Assembly: GCA_000432155.1 (NCBI GenBank)
Contig: FR888502.1
Coordinates: 16,614 to 80,613, forward strand
Source of the DNA: Eubacterium sp. CAG:274
GTDB lineage: Bacteria; Bacillota; Clostridia; Lachnospirales; CAG-274
Length of the DNA: 64,000 nt
Direction: 5' to 3'
Positions 30,729-41,781 of this stretch are shown here, in pieces. Numbering within the stretch: position 1 is the stretch's first letter; each line of letters starts with the position of its first letter. The position numbers and the translations under genes are program-made. The notes below the pieces were generated by a model that was not told the DNA's origin, searched no databases, and saw nothing but the letters and a program-made list of their open reading frames with translations.

Positions 30729-31273
30729 TGAAGGAAAAACTTACGGTACTTATAGGAGAAAAAGAAATTCAATCAAGAGTTGAAAAGTTAGCCGCAGAAA
30801 TTTCCGAAAGCTACAAAGGAGAAAGTTTACTTGTTGTTGGTATTTTAAGAGGAGCTATAATGTTTATGGTAGACCTTCTTAAAAAACTTGAAATTAATGA
30901 TGTTCAGATTGACTTTATGGCTGTTTCAAGCTACGGTTCAAGTACAGTATCTAGTGGCAAGATAAACATTAAAAAGGATTTAAGCGAAAGTATTGAAGGC
31001 AGAAATGTACTTATTGTTGAAGATATTATTGATACTGGTAATACATTGTATCATTTGATTGAATATCTCAAGAAAGATAATCCAAAGTCAGTAAAACTTT
31101 GTACACTTTTTGACAAGCCTGAAAGACGAGAAAAAGAAGTTCCTGTTGATTGGGTAGGCTTTGATATTCCTAATAAATTTATTGTAGGTTATGGTCTTGA
31201 TTATGCCCAGAGATACAGAAATTTACCATACATTGCAGAGCTTGCATTTATAGAGGATGAAGATGAAAAATAA
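30728..31273 (+). CDS. hpt: Hypoxanthine phosphoribosyltransferase
   Basis: PRPP-binding motif VLIVEDIIDTGNTL. Confidence 0.9.
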   Translation: MKEKLTVLIGEKEIQSRVEKLAAEISESYKGESLLVVGILRGAIMFMVDLLKKLEINDVQIDFMAVSSYGSSTVSSGKINIKKDLSESIEGRNVLIVEDIIDTGNTLYHLIEYLKKDNPKSVKLCTLFDKPERREKEVPVDWVGFDIPNKFIVGYGLDYAQRYRNLPYIAELAFIEDEDEK

Positions 31274-31308
31274 TAGCTTATAACAGCTGTTTCTTCGACA
31301 AAATTTCC

Positions 31309-31337
31309 TTGAATAAATTTGTAAAATATGGTATTAT
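31309..31337 (+). promoter_or_regulatory. Putative sigma-A promoter for ftsH (TTGAAT-17-TATTAT)
   Basis: Hexamers with 17-nt spacing about 70 nt upstream of the ftsH ATG. Confidence 0.35.
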
Positions 31338-31405
31338 AAAGCGATAACGGTAGATGGGTATTAGCTATTTTCCGATATATAAAATTTATTATTAGGGGGA
31401 GAGAG

Positions 31406-33307
31406 ATGAAAAACAATTTTTTGCGTAATCTTGGTATGTATCTGGTCATTTTCCTATTCATCATAGGAATGATTTTGGTAAATAAGAACTTTTCAAGTTC
31501 TACACCACAGACTACAGATTATGTTTACAGCGATATGATTTCCCAGATTAATGGTGATAAAGTTGAGTCTATTACTTTACAGCGTGATGCCGATGTTTCT
31601 GACTCTGGTACAGCAGTTGTTAATTTAAAAGACGGCAAGTCTTATAAAGTTACAATAAGTAGCGTATCATCATTTGTGGATACTGTAAATCCAGCAGTTG
31701 AAAAGGGATTAAAGCTTACTACACAGGCTCCATCAAAAGCCGGTAATATGTTTTCTATTATTGCAACTATTGTTAGTATAGTTGTTGTTATTGCACTTTT
31801 CTTCTTCTTATTCCAGCAGATGCAAGGTGGCGGAGGCGGTGGCAAAGTTATGAACTTTGGCAAGGCAAAAGCCAAAATGCAGAACCCAGGGGATAAGAAA
31901 GTTACATTTAAAGATGTAGCAGGTCTTGAGGAAGAAAAGGCAGAAATTGAGGAAATAGTAGATTTCCTTAAACAGCCAAAGAAATTCGTAGACTTAGGTG
32001 CTAGAATACCAAAGGGTATACTTATGGTAGGCCCTCCGGGTACAGGTAAAACATTACTTGCAAAGGCTATTTCAGGTGAGGCAAATGTTCCATTTTTCTC
32101 TATTTCCGGTTCAGACTTTGTAGAAATGTTTGTTGGTGTTGGTGCATCAAGAGTTCGTGACCTTTTTGAACAGGCAAAGAAAAATGCTCCTTGTCTTGTA
32201 TTTATTGATGAAATTGATGCTGTAGGTCGTAGGCGTGGTGCTGGTTTAGGTGGTGGCCACGATGAAAGAGAACAGACACTTAATCAGCTCCTTGTAGAAA
32301 TGGACGGTTTTGGTGTAAATCAGGGTGTTATTGTTATGGCTGCTACAAACAGACCAGACATTCTTGACCCAGCGCTTTTAAGACCAGGTCGTTTTGACAG
32401 ACAGGTTGTTGTTGGTGCTCCAGATGCAAAGGGCAGAGAAGAAATTCTTCAGGTTCACGCCAGAGGAAAGAAACTTGCCCCAGATGTTGACCTTAAAGAT
32501 ATTGCAAATACTACACAGGGCTTTACTGGTGCAGACTTGGAAAATCTTTTAAATGAGGCAGCACTTCACGCAGCAAGAAAGAATAAAAAAGAAATCTCTA
32601 TGCAGGATGTAAAGGACTCATTTATCAGAGTTGCTTTAGGTACAGAGAAAAAGAGCCATATTAAAACTGAGCTTGAAAGAAAGATTACAGCTTATCACGA
32701 AGCTGGACACGCAATTCTTTTTGAAAAAATGCCAGATTTAAGTCCGGTTCATACAGTTTCTATTATTCCTATTGGTATGGCTGGTGGTTATACAATGCCA
32801 GTTCCTACTGAAAAGAGCTTTAGATTTAAAAGGTCTATGGAACAGGAAATTGTTGCTACATTTGGTGGTAGAGTAGCTGAAGAAATGATTTTTGGTGACT
32901 ATACACAGGGTGCAAGCAAGGATATTGAACAGGCTACAAACCTTGCTAGAAATATGGTAACTCGTTTTGGTATGAGTGAAAAAATGGGACCTATTCTCTA
33001 TGGCGAAGAAGACCACGAGGTATTCCTTGGCAGAGATATTGGTCATAGCAGAAATTATGGCGAAAATGTTGCAGGTCAGATTGATAGCGAAATTAGAAGA
33101 ATTATTGATGAGGCTTACAACAAGGCTAAGGAAGTCCTTGAAGAAAATAGAGATGGACTTGAAAGAACTGCTCAGCTTCTCCTTAAAAAGGAAAAGGTTA
33201 GTGGCGACGAATTTAGAGAAGTATTAAACAATGAAACTGTAGAAGAACCACAGGAAACTGTTGTTATTGACAGCGAACATTTTAATGCTGAAAATAGTGA
33301 AAACTAA
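31406..33307 (+). CDS. ftsH: ATP-dependent zinc metalloprotease FtsH
   Basis: AAA Walker [17 protein letters not shown] zinc motif, N-terminal TM. Confidence 0.95.
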   Translation: MKNNFLRNLGMYLVIFLFIIGMILVNKNFSSSTPQTTDYVYSDMISQINGDKVESITLQRDADVSDSGTAVVNLKDGKSYKVTISSVSSFVDTVNPAVEKGLKLTTQAPSKAGNMFSIIATIVSIVVVIALFFFLFQQMQGGGGGGKVMNFGKAKAKMQNPGDKKVTFKDVAGLEEEKAEIEEIVDFLKQPKKFVDLGARIPKGILMVGPPGTGKTLLAKAISGEANVPFFSISGSDFVEMFVGVGASRVRDLFEQAKKNAPCLVFIDEIDAVGRRRGAGLGGGHDEREQTLNQLLVEMDGFGVNQGVIVMAATNRPDILDPALLRPGRFDRQVVVGAPDAKGREEILQVHARGKKLAPDVDLKDIANTTQGFTGADLENLLNEAALHAARKNKKEISMQDVKDSFIRVALGTEKKSHIKTELERKITAYHEAGHAILFEKMPDLSPVHTVSIIPIGMAGGYTMPVPTEKSFRFKRSMEQEIVATFGGRVAEEMIFGDYTQGASKDIEQATNLARNMVTRFGMSEKMGPILYGEEDHEVFLGRDIGHSRNYGENVAGQIDSEIRRIIDEAYNKAKEVLEENRDGLERTAQLLLKKEKVSGDEFREVLNNETVEEPQETVVIDSEHFNAENSEN

Positions 33308-33311
33308 TATT

Positions 33312-33343
33312 AAGGCTGTCGAGGGTTTTCGACAGCCTTTTTG
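33312..33343 (+). terminator. Intrinsic terminator after ftsH
   Basis: AAGGCTGTCG-N8-CGACAGCCTT followed by TTTTTG. Confidence 0.6.
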
Positions 33344-33347
33344 TTTA

Positions 33348-33378
33348 TAATGAATCGGAAAGATAAATCCGATGGCTT
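33348..33378 (+). repeat. Copy 2 of the 31-nt palindromic motif AATGAATCGGAAAGATAAATCCGATGGCTTG
   Basis: 30/31 identical to 11978-12008; lies directly downstream of the ftsH terminator. Confidence 0.8.
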
Positions 33379-33416
33379 GCTTGCAAGCCACATTTTGCAA
33401 AGCAAAATGTTCTGAC

Positions 33417-33442
33417 GGTGAATCGGAAAGATAAATCCGATG
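33417..33442 (+). repeat. Copy 3 of the core motif GGTGAATCGGAAAGATAAATCCGATG
   Basis: The core 24 nt are identical to copies 1 and 2. It sits 20 nt upstream of the Spx/ArsC-family start. Confidence 0.8.
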
Positions 33443-33463
33443 TTCTGAATAGGAGGAATGAGA

Positions 33464-33814
33464 ATGTTATTTTTAGAATATCCAAAATGCTCAACTTGTA
33501 AAAAGGCTAAAAATTGGCTTGAAAGTAATGGTGTTGAATTTGAAGACAGACACATTGTGGAAAACAATCCAACAGCTGATGAATTAAAGGCTTGGTATGA
33601 AAAAAGTGGTTTTCCACTTAAAAAGTTCTTTAACACAAGCGGTTTAAAGTACAAAGAACTTGGTTTAAAGGATAAATTACCTGATATGACAGAAGAAGAA
33701 CAGATTAATCTTCTTGCAACAGACGGTATGCTAGTTAAACGCCCTTTGGTTATAGGCGATGATTTTGTTTTAATAGGTTTTAAAGAAGCTCAATGGGCTG
33801 AAAAATTAAAATAG
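33464..33814 (+). CDS. ArsC/Spx-family thioredoxin-fold protein (CxxC)
   Basis: N-terminal CSTC motif and ArsC/Spx-like length. Start taken at the ATG 7 nt after AGGAGG. Confidence 0.65.
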   Translation: MLFLEYPKCSTCKKAKNWLESNGVEFEDRHIVENNPTADELKAWYEKSGFPLKKFFNTSGLKYKELGLKDKLPDMTEEEQINLLATDGMLVKRPLVIGDDFVLIGFKEAQWAEKLK

Positions 33815-33922
33815 TAATAATATAGAAATTTCACCTTCCTTTTTGTACAATATTTCGGACTATAGTTTATTGACTTTGATTTTCTTTGGTCGTATACTTG
33901 TACTTATGACTAAAAAAGGAAG

Positions 33923-36070
33923 GTGTTTTTATTGAAAAAACTATTATGCACAGCTATTTTGGCATTGGGTGTCATTATGCTAATGACAGTAGGAGCTTAT
34001 GCTCAAATGCCAAAGGACAAAATAGCATTACAGGGAGAGGACAGCTTTAAAGCTGAAATGTTTAAGGAATTTAGTGACACTATTGAGGATAATGCCCTCT
34101 ATGTTGCCACTACAGGTAGCGACAGTAATGCAGGTACAATAGATAAGCCTTTTGCTACTGTTCAAAAAGCCTTAGATACAGTAAAGGCAGGTCAGACAAT
34201 ATATGTCAGAGGTGGTACTTATAATGCTCTTAATTCCTTTAAGACATCAGGTAGCGAGGGGAAGTATATTACATTGAGAAACTATCCTAATGAAACACCA
34301 TTTTTGACTTGTACAACTGGTACAAATGGTGCTATTTTGCTTTTAAATGGTTGTAATTACATTAAAATTTATGGACTTGAAATAGGTGGACATTCAGCTG
34401 AGCAAGCCTATGGTATTTTGATTAATGATTGCGAAAACCATATTATTATAAGTAATAATCATATTCACAACTTGCTTACTACAAAGCCAGGAGAAAATGA
34501 AAATGGCGAAGCAAACGGTATTTTGCTTTTTGGCGAGGGCAAGACAGATGAAACTTCTATTAACAATATTTGCATTGAAAATAATAACATACACAATAAT
34601 ACAACAGGTTGGAGTGAAACACTTTCAACTTCTGGTAACTGTAAATATGTAAATGTAATCAACAATACTGTACACGATAATACTAACATTGGTATTGATT
34701 TCTATGGTAATGCAAAATATTGTTCTGTTCCAGCTTATGACCAGCCTAGATATTGCGTTGCCGCTGGTAATACTGTTTACAATTCTATATGCTCATATGC
34801 AGAGTGTGCAGGTCTTTATTTAGACGGTGCAAGAGATACTATATTTGAAAATAATATTGTTTATGGTAGTATGTATGGTATTGAAATTGGTTCAGAAGAA
34901 TTACAGGCAAATTATCCAGTTAAAAATGTTATAGTCAGAAATAACCTTGTTTACAAAAATTCTTGTGGTGGTATAAGAGTTGGTGGTTATGACAAGAAGA
35001 AAACTGGCTATGTTACAGAAACAAAGATATATAATAACACTCTTGTTGACAATGGCGAGGGCGAAGGTGGATATAATGGCGAATTTTGTTTTGTAAAATG
35101 TAATGGCGTAGATGTTAGAAACAATATGGTATATAAATCATCTAATAAGTACCCATTAATTGGTGGAGATTTGCCAGCTGAATATACTTTAAATGTTACA
35201 TTTAACAATAATGTATTCTATGATACAAACAGCTCAGACAGTACTTATTTTGAATACAAGGGTAGTTCGCAAGAGGGTATAGATGCCTTTAATACTTTTG
35301 TAGGTGGTACAAACTATAGTGGCAAACCTAGTTTCAATAGTGATTACAGCCTTGCTAACGGTTCTTACGGTATTGATTTAGGCGATAATGGTGTTTTAAA
35401 TGATATGGGTAGTTTAGTTGATTTGGGCAATAATTACAGAGCCATTGGAACTGTAGATGTAGGTGCTTTTGAGTATCAAGATGGTAGCAAGCCTACAGTT
35501 ACAACAGTTTCTACAACAACAGTATCTACAACTACAACTACCACAGAAGCAACAACAGAAACTACAACATATGATAAGGCAGACTTAAATAAAGACGGAA
35601 ATGTAGATAAAAAAGACTGTGCTATTATGTTAAAGTTGGTACAGGGATTAAAAACTGATATTGTTGCACCGGATTTAAACAAAGACGGTAAAATAGATTT
35701 GTTAGATGCTTTGTGGTATTTGGCTGAAAGTTCTGCTAAGGTTTGGAACTATACTACAGGAGAAAATACAGATAATTTCTATAGTGTAAAAGCCAATAAC
35801 TATAAAAATGCTACAACTATTACATATAACGGATTGACCCTTACAAAGGCTGTTAAAATGGAAACGGGCACAGCAATATCCTTTACAGCTCCAAAAGACG
35901 GTACACTTACACTTGTAGCTAATGGTGGTAGTGGTAAAAAGATAAAAGTAAATAATGTTTCATATGCTATTGTATCAGACGGTGCTTTAGAAGTTCCTGT
36001 AAAAGCCGGAACAGTTACAGTTTCTAAAGATTCCACTGGAACATACTTATATTATATGAGTTTTAAATAA
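33923..36070 (+). CDS. Cellulosomal protein: signal peptide, parallel beta-helix domain, Thr-rich linker, type-I dockerin, and a C-terminal beta-rich domain
   Basis: Beta-helix repeats NNHIHN, NNNIHNN, NNTVHDN. Linker TTVSTTTVSTTTTTTEATTETTT. Dockerin repeats DLNKDGNVDKKD and DLNKDGKIDLLD. The likely true start is a TTG at 33932. Confidence 0.7.
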   Translation: MFLLKKLLCTAILALGVIMLMTVGAYAQMPKDKIALQGEDSFKAEMFKEFSDTIEDNALYVATTGSDSNAGTIDKPFATVQKALDTVKAGQTIYVRGGTYNALNSFKTSGSEGKYITLRNYPNETPFLTCTTGTNGAILLLNGCNYIKIYGLEIGGHSAEQAYGILINDCENHIIISNNHIHNLLTTKPGENENGEANGILLFGEGKTDETSINNICIENNNIHNNTTGWSETLSTSGNCKYVNVINNTVHDNTNIGIDFYGNAKYCSVPAYDQPRYCVAAGNTVYNSICSYAECAGLYLDGARDTIFENNIVYGSMYGIEIGSEELQANYPVKNVIVRNNLVYKNSCGGIRVGGYDKKKTGYVTETKIYNNTLVDNGEGEGGYNGEFCFVKCNGVDVRNNMVYKSSNKYPLIGGDLPAEYTLNVTFNNNVFYDTNSSDSTYFEYKGSSQEGIDAFNTFVGGTNYSGKPSFNSDYSLANGSYGIDLGDNGVLNDMGSLVDLGNNYRAIGTVDVGAFEYQDGSKPTVTTVSTTTVSTTTTTTEATTETTTYDKADLNKDGNVDKKDCAIMLKLVQGLKTDIVAPDLNKDGKIDLLDALWYLAESSAKVWNYTTGENTDNFYSVKANNYKNATTITYNGLTLTKAVKMETGTAISFTAPKDGTLTLVANGGSGKKIKVNNVSYAIVSDGALEVPVKAGTVTVSKDSTGTYLYYMSFK

Positions 36071-36082
36071 CAATAAAGGTAT

Positions 36083-36108
36083 TGCAAGAAATGCTTGCAT
36101 TTCTTGCA
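36083..36108. terminator. Bidirectional terminator between convergent genes
   Basis: TGCAAGAAATGC / GCATTTCTTGCA palindrome. Confidence 0.45.
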
Positions 36109-36134
36109 GTTAGTCTAAGGAAGGGACCATTATA

Positions 36135-37337
<1,203 letters not shown>

Positions 37338-37349
37338 TTTTATATCTCC

Positions 37350-38624
37350 TTAGTTATTTTTTAATTTATTATTTACTGCTGCAAGTTTTACACATACACA
37401 GAAAATATCCATAGCCTGAATTAAATCTTCGCAAGTTGGATAAGATGGAGCAACTCTGATATTGCTGTCGTTAGGGTCCATTCCATGAGGGTAAGTAGCA
37501 CCTGCATTTGTTAAAATAAGTCCACATTCTTTTGCAAGGCGTACAGTTTCCTTAGCACAACCATTCTGAGTGAAAACACTAATAAAGTAACCACCCATAG
37601 GCTTATGCCACTTTAAGTAGTCTGTACCTTCAAATTCTGCATCAAGTTTATTGAGAACAATATCAAATTTTTCTCTTAATAATGCACCAAGACGCTTCAT
37701 ATGAAGTTTAACTCCGTCAGCAGTCTTGAAGAAATTGTATGTTCTAAGCATATTGATTTTGTTATGACCAATAGTCTGTACACCAAAATGCTTCTTTATT
37801 TCTTCTATATAGTTATCGCCTGCTGCAAGAAGGGCAACACCTGAACCAGGGAATGTAATTTTAGATGTAGAGAAGAAGAAAAGTATTCTATCAAGAGTAT
37901 TGTACTTTCTACATACATCAAAAATGTTTAATAATTCAACTTCCTTATATACATGGTGGATAGCATAAGCATTGTCCCAGAAAATCTTGAAATCTTCTGC
38001 TGCAGTTTCCATCTTTGCAAGTCTTTCAACGGTTTCATCGCTGTAGCAAATACCGTCAGGATTTGAATAAAGAGGAACACAAATGATACCCTTTACAGTA
38101 GGGTCATTTTTAACAAGGTCTTCTACTATATCCATATCAACACCTGTTTCAGTCATAGGAACAGGAACCATTTCAAAACCAAATTCATCACAGATAGAAA
38201 AATGTCTGTCATAACCTGGTACAGGACAAAGTATTTTAACCTTATCTAATTTGCCCCAAGGTGTAGAACCGAGAGCACCAAATATATAAAGTCTAGCAAA
38301 AGAATCATATATAAGATTAAGAGAGGAATTTCCACCTACAATAATATTTTTTGTTGGAATATTAAGTAAGTCTGAAAAAAGACCCTTGAGTTCGGCAATA
38401 CCGTCAAGTATACCGTAATTTCTTACATCAATACCTTCAGAAGTGATGTAGTTATTAAGGGGCATAGTTAAAATATCATTAGATAAATTAAGCTGTGCTC
38501 CAGCAGGCTTACCTCTGGACATATCCAAGTTAAGGTTTAATCCTTTTAATTTATCGTATTCAGCCTGTAAATCTTTCTGTAACTGTAGAAGCTCGACTTG
38601 AGACATTTCGTCCAAAGTAGCCAT
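37350..38624 (-). CDS. PLP-dependent aminotransferase (class I/II fold), specificity unknown
   Basis: Motifs SRGKPAGAQL and FSTSKITFPGSGVA (PLP lysine context); 424 aa. Confidence 0.65.
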   Translation of the reverse strand: MATLDEMSQVELLQLQKDLQAEYDKLKGLNLNLDMSRGKPAGAQLNLSNDILTMPLNNYITSEGIDVRNYGILDGIAELKGLFSDLLNIPTKNIIVGGNSSLNLIYDSFARLYIFGALGSTPWGKLDKVKILCPVPGYDRHFSICDEFGFEMVPVPMTETGVDMDIVEDLVKNDPTVKGIICVPLYSNPDGICYSDETVERLAKMETAAEDFKIFWDNAYAIHHVYKEVELLNIFDVCRKYNTLDRILFFFSTSKITFPGSGVALLAAGDNYIEEIKKHFGVQTIGHNKINMLRTYNFFKTADGVKLHMKRLGALLREKFDIVLNKLDAEFEGTDYLKWHKPMGGYFISVFTQNGCAKETVRLAKECGLILTNAGATYPHGMDPNDSNIRVAPSYPTCEDLIQAMDIFCVCVKLAAVNNKLKNN

Positions 38625-39043
38625 ACTTATCTCCTCCTAGTAATACAAGTTAAAAAAATAAAACTTCATATTAAAATTCTTGCTTATTCCTGTTCATTAT
38701 ACAAGTTTTTGCACCTTGCTGTCAAGTATTATGAATAATATAGTCATTAAAATCTTCAAAAATTTATTTCACACTACTACATATTAGAAAAATATAAAAT
38801 AAAATGCAGGATTAGTTGGTCATAAATTTAAAAACTAGAGAATATCTATTGTGTGTGGATAAAATAATAAAAAATAAAATGAATTTAGGAGGTATAAAAA
38901 GTGAGAAATTTTTTTTATTAAAAAGTTATAAAAATATAAAAAAATGCAAGTTAAAAAACTAAAAATTGCATAAATATTAAGAAATTATAAAAAAGGTCTT
39001 GCATTTTTTTTAACTTTGGAATATAATCCAACTATCAAGCGAG

Positions 39044-39085
39044 GGAGCTGGATATGACAGAGTTCATTATCCGGCTCCTTTTTTT
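39044..39085 (+). promoter_or_regulatory. Leader terminator/attenuator hairpin 22 nt upstream of the amt-glnK start codon
   Basis: 11-bp stem GGAGCTGGATA / TATCCGGCTCC (one G-U pair), 13-nt loop, then T7. No upstream co-directional gene, so it is not an ordinary gene-end terminator. Confidence 0.4.
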
Positions 39086-39107
39086 ATACAATTAAGGAGG
39101 GGTCGTT

Positions 39108-40847
39108 ATGGACGCTAGTACATTTAATGCTTTTGACACAATATGGCTTATCTTAGGTGCTATATTGGTATTCTGGATGCAGGCAGGTTTCGCAATGGTT
39201 GAAACAGGCTTCACTAGAGCAAAGAATGCAGGTAATATCATTATGAAAAACTTAATGGATTATGCCTTTGGTTCTATTGTATTCTGGATTATCGGTTACA
39301 GCCTTATGTTTGGTGGCGATGGTCCAATCGTAGGTTCTTTTGATTTATTTGCTACAGGAAACTACGATACAGGTTCAGTACCTATGTGGGTACACTTTAT
39401 GTTTAATACTGTTTTCTGTGCTACAGCAGCTACAATCGTTTCAGGTGCTATGGCAGAAAGAACTAAGTTCAAGTCTTACTTAGTATATTCAGTTGTTATT
39501 TCAGCTGTTATTTATCCTATTGAAGCTCATTGGACTTGGGGCGGTGGCTGGTTATCACAGTTCAGCTTTGGTTCTTGGACAGGTGGTTTCACAGACTATG
39601 CCGGTTCTACTATTGTACATATGGTAGGTGGTATCTCAGCTCTTATCGGTGCTACAATTCTTGGACCTCGTATTGGTAAGTATGACAAGAATGGTAAGTC
39701 TAAGGCTATTCCAGGTCACAGTTTAACACTTGGTGCTTTAGGTGTATTCATTCTTTGGATGGGTTGGTTCGGTTTCAACCCTGCATCTAGCTACGGTCTT
39801 TCTTCTTTTGAACAGGGAATGGATGTTGGTAATGTATTTATGACAACTAATATTGCAGCAGCCGTTTCAACAGTAGCTACAATGGTATTTACTTGGGTTA
39901 AGTATGGTAAGCCTGATGTTTCAATGACATTAAACGGCTCTCTTGCAGGTCTTGTTGCTATTACAGCAGGTTGTTCAGCAGTTGACCCTTGGGCAGCAGC
40001 TATTATTGGTCTTGTTGCAGGTATTCTTGTAGTAGTAGTTATTGAATTTATTGACCAGAAGTTAAAGATTGATGACCCAGTTGGTGCTGTTGGTGTTCAT
40101 GGTGCTTGTGGTTTATTTGGTACAATTTGTGTAGGTCTTTTCGGTAGAGATGGTGGCTTATTCACTACAGGTTCTATTGACAGAACAGTAGTACAGCTCG
40201 TTGGTGTATTTTCAGTAGCTCTTTTCGTTATTGTTACAATGACTATTGTATTCTTACTTATTAAGGCTACAATCGGCTTAAGAGTAACAACAGAAGAAGA
40301 AGTTATTGGTCTTGATGCTCTTGAACATGGTCTTGTAGCCGGTTCTTATGCAGACTTTATGCCATCTTTAGGTTCTGTTCCTAATCCTACAATGCCATCT
40401 GCTGTTGCAGTTGGTACAGTATCTTCTGATGAAGCAGTTCCTGTTCAGGTTGTTACTGACAAGAGTGGTGTACCTGCTAGTGATGTAGCAATGTCTAAGG
40501 TTGAAATCATCTGTAAGATGGATAAGTTTGAAGATTTAAAGGCATCTCTTGAGGCTGTAGGCATTACAGGTATGACAGTTGTTAATGTAATGGGTTGTGG
40601 TGTTCAGAAAGGTAATACTAAGTATTATCGTGGTGCTGAAGTTGAAGTTAATCTTCTTCCTAAGATTAAGGTTGAAGTTGTTGTTTGTGCAGTTCCTGTT
40701 TCAGCAGTAATTGAGGCTGCTAAGAAGGCTCTTTACACAGGTAATATCGGCGACGGTAAGATTTTCGTTTATGGTATTGACGAAGTAGTAAAGGTTAGAA
40801 CAGGGGAAACAAATGCAGCAGCACTTCAGGGCGTTGACCAGTTCTAA
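39108..40847 (+). CDS. amt: Ammonium transporter fused to a PII nitrogen regulatory protein
   Basis: The first ~440 aa are the Amt/MEP family (11 TM; ...GLRVTTEEEVIGLDALEHG). After a ~60-aa linker comes a complete PII domain (MSKVEIICK...GVQKGNTKYYRGAEVEV...GDGKIFVY). It is a single ORF. Confidence 0.85.
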   Translation: MDASTFNAFDTIWLILGAILVFWMQAGFAMVETGFTRAKNAGNIIMKNLMDYAFGSIVFWIIGYSLMFGGDGPIVGSFDLFATGNYDTGSVPMWVHFMFNTVFCATAATIVSGAMAERTKFKSYLVYSVVISAVIYPIEAHWTWGGGWLSQFSFGSWTGGFTDYAGSTIVHMVGGISALIGATILGPRIGKYDKNGKSKAIPGHSLTLGALGVFILWMGWFGFNPASSYGLSSFEQGMDVGNVFMTTNIAAAVSTVATMVFTWVKYGKPDVSMTLNGSLAGLVAITAGCSAVDPWAAAIIGLVAGILVVVVIEFIDQKLKIDDPVGAVGVHGACGLFGTICVGLFGRDGGLFTTGSIDRTVVQLVGVFSVALFVIVTMTIVFLLIKATIGLRVTTEEEVIGLDALEHGLVAGSYADFMPSLGSVPNPTMPSAVAVGTVSSDEAVPVQVVTDKSGVPASDVAMSKVEIICKMDKFEDLKASLEAVGITGMTVVNVMGCGVQKGNTKYYRGAEVEVNLLPKIKVEVVVCAVPVSAVIEAAKKALYTGNIGDGKIFVYGIDEVVKVRTGETNAAALQGVDQF

Positions 40848-40936
40848 AATAATGATATTATTCAAATTCCGGAGAGGGTTAAACCTCTCTGGGAGTTTCC
40901 TCTTTCCTGATACGAAATTTTCATATTAAATTATTA

Positions 40937-40968
40937 AACCGTTGTCTTACTATTGACAGCGGTTTTTT
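40937..40968 (+). terminator. Intrinsic terminator after amt-glnK
   Basis: AACCGTTGTC-N8-GACAGCGGTT followed by TTTTTG. Confidence 0.5.
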
Positions 40969-41028
40969 GTAGGTTTACAATAATAGCTGATTTTTATATT
41001 TTATATATAAATTAGGAGGAATTATTTT

Positions 41029-41721
41029 ATGAAAGAAACTAATGAAAAAAGTGGTTTGCCTGTTTTTAGTGGAGAGATAGCACTTATTATTGCAGTTATA
41101 ATAAATAGCTGTGGTGTTGCTTTAATGCTCCATTCAGGTGCAGGTATATCTGCTATTTCTAGTGTTCCATTTGCTTTTTCTGAGCTTTTTCCACAGCTTA
41201 CTTTAGGTACTTGGACTTATATTTTTCAGGGCGTTTTAGTATTTAGTCTTATGGTTTTGCGTAAAAGATTTATACCATCTTATTTATTTAGCTTTGTTGT
41301 AGGCTTTGCTTTTGGCGAAATGCTTGATGTACATCAGCTATGGATAACTACATTACCACAGACTATACCTCTTAGAGTGATTTATTTTATAATAAGTTAT
41401 TTAATTATTTGCATTGGTATAGCTATTTCCAATAGATGTGGTTTGCCAATTATACCAACAGATTTATTCCCTCGAGAATTAGAAGATATTACAAAAGTGA
41501 AATACTCTAAAATAAAAATAGCCTATGATGTAATTTGTCTTACAATTACAGCAATACTTACAGGCTTTGGCTTAGGTCATATTGATGGACTTGGCATAGG
41601 TACTGTACTTGCAGCATTTACTATGGGTAAGGTTGTAGGTCTTATAGGAGAATTAATGGATAAGCACATTAATATTGAGCCTTTGTTAGTAAAGAAAATA
41701 ATGAAGAAGAAAACAGCATAA
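41029..41721 (+). CDS. Integral membrane protein of unknown function (YczE/YitT-like)
   Basis: Six hydrophobic segments; no catalytic motifs recognised. Confidence 0.4.
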   Translation: MKETNEKSGLPVFSGEIALIIAVIINSCGVALMLHSGAGISAISSVPFAFSELFPQLTLGTWTYIFQGVLVFSLMVLRKRFIPSYLFSFVVGFAFGEMLDVHQLWITTLPQTIPLRVIYFIISYLIICIGIAISNRCGLPIIPTDLFPRELEDITKVKYSKIKIAYDVICLTITAILTGFGLGHIDGLGIGTVLAAFTMGKVVGLIGELMDKHINIEPLLVKKIMKKKTA

Positions 41722-41736
41722 ATTAGGAAAAACAGA

Positions 41737-41772
41737 AAAGCTATTCCAAAGTGATTTTCGGAATAGCTTTTT
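41737..41772. terminator. Bidirectional terminator between the membrane protein gene and abrB
   Basis: AAAGCTATTCC-N12-GGAATAGCTTT with T-runs on both sides. Confidence 0.5.
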
Positions 41773-41781
41773 GTATAATAA

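Noticed and set aside
38640-39040. Looked for GlnR/TnrA boxes (TGTNA-N7-TNACA) and a sigma-54 -24/-12 element upstream of amt-glnK
   Set aside because: Only partial matches (e.g. TGTCAAGTATTATGAAT); none convincing enough to call.
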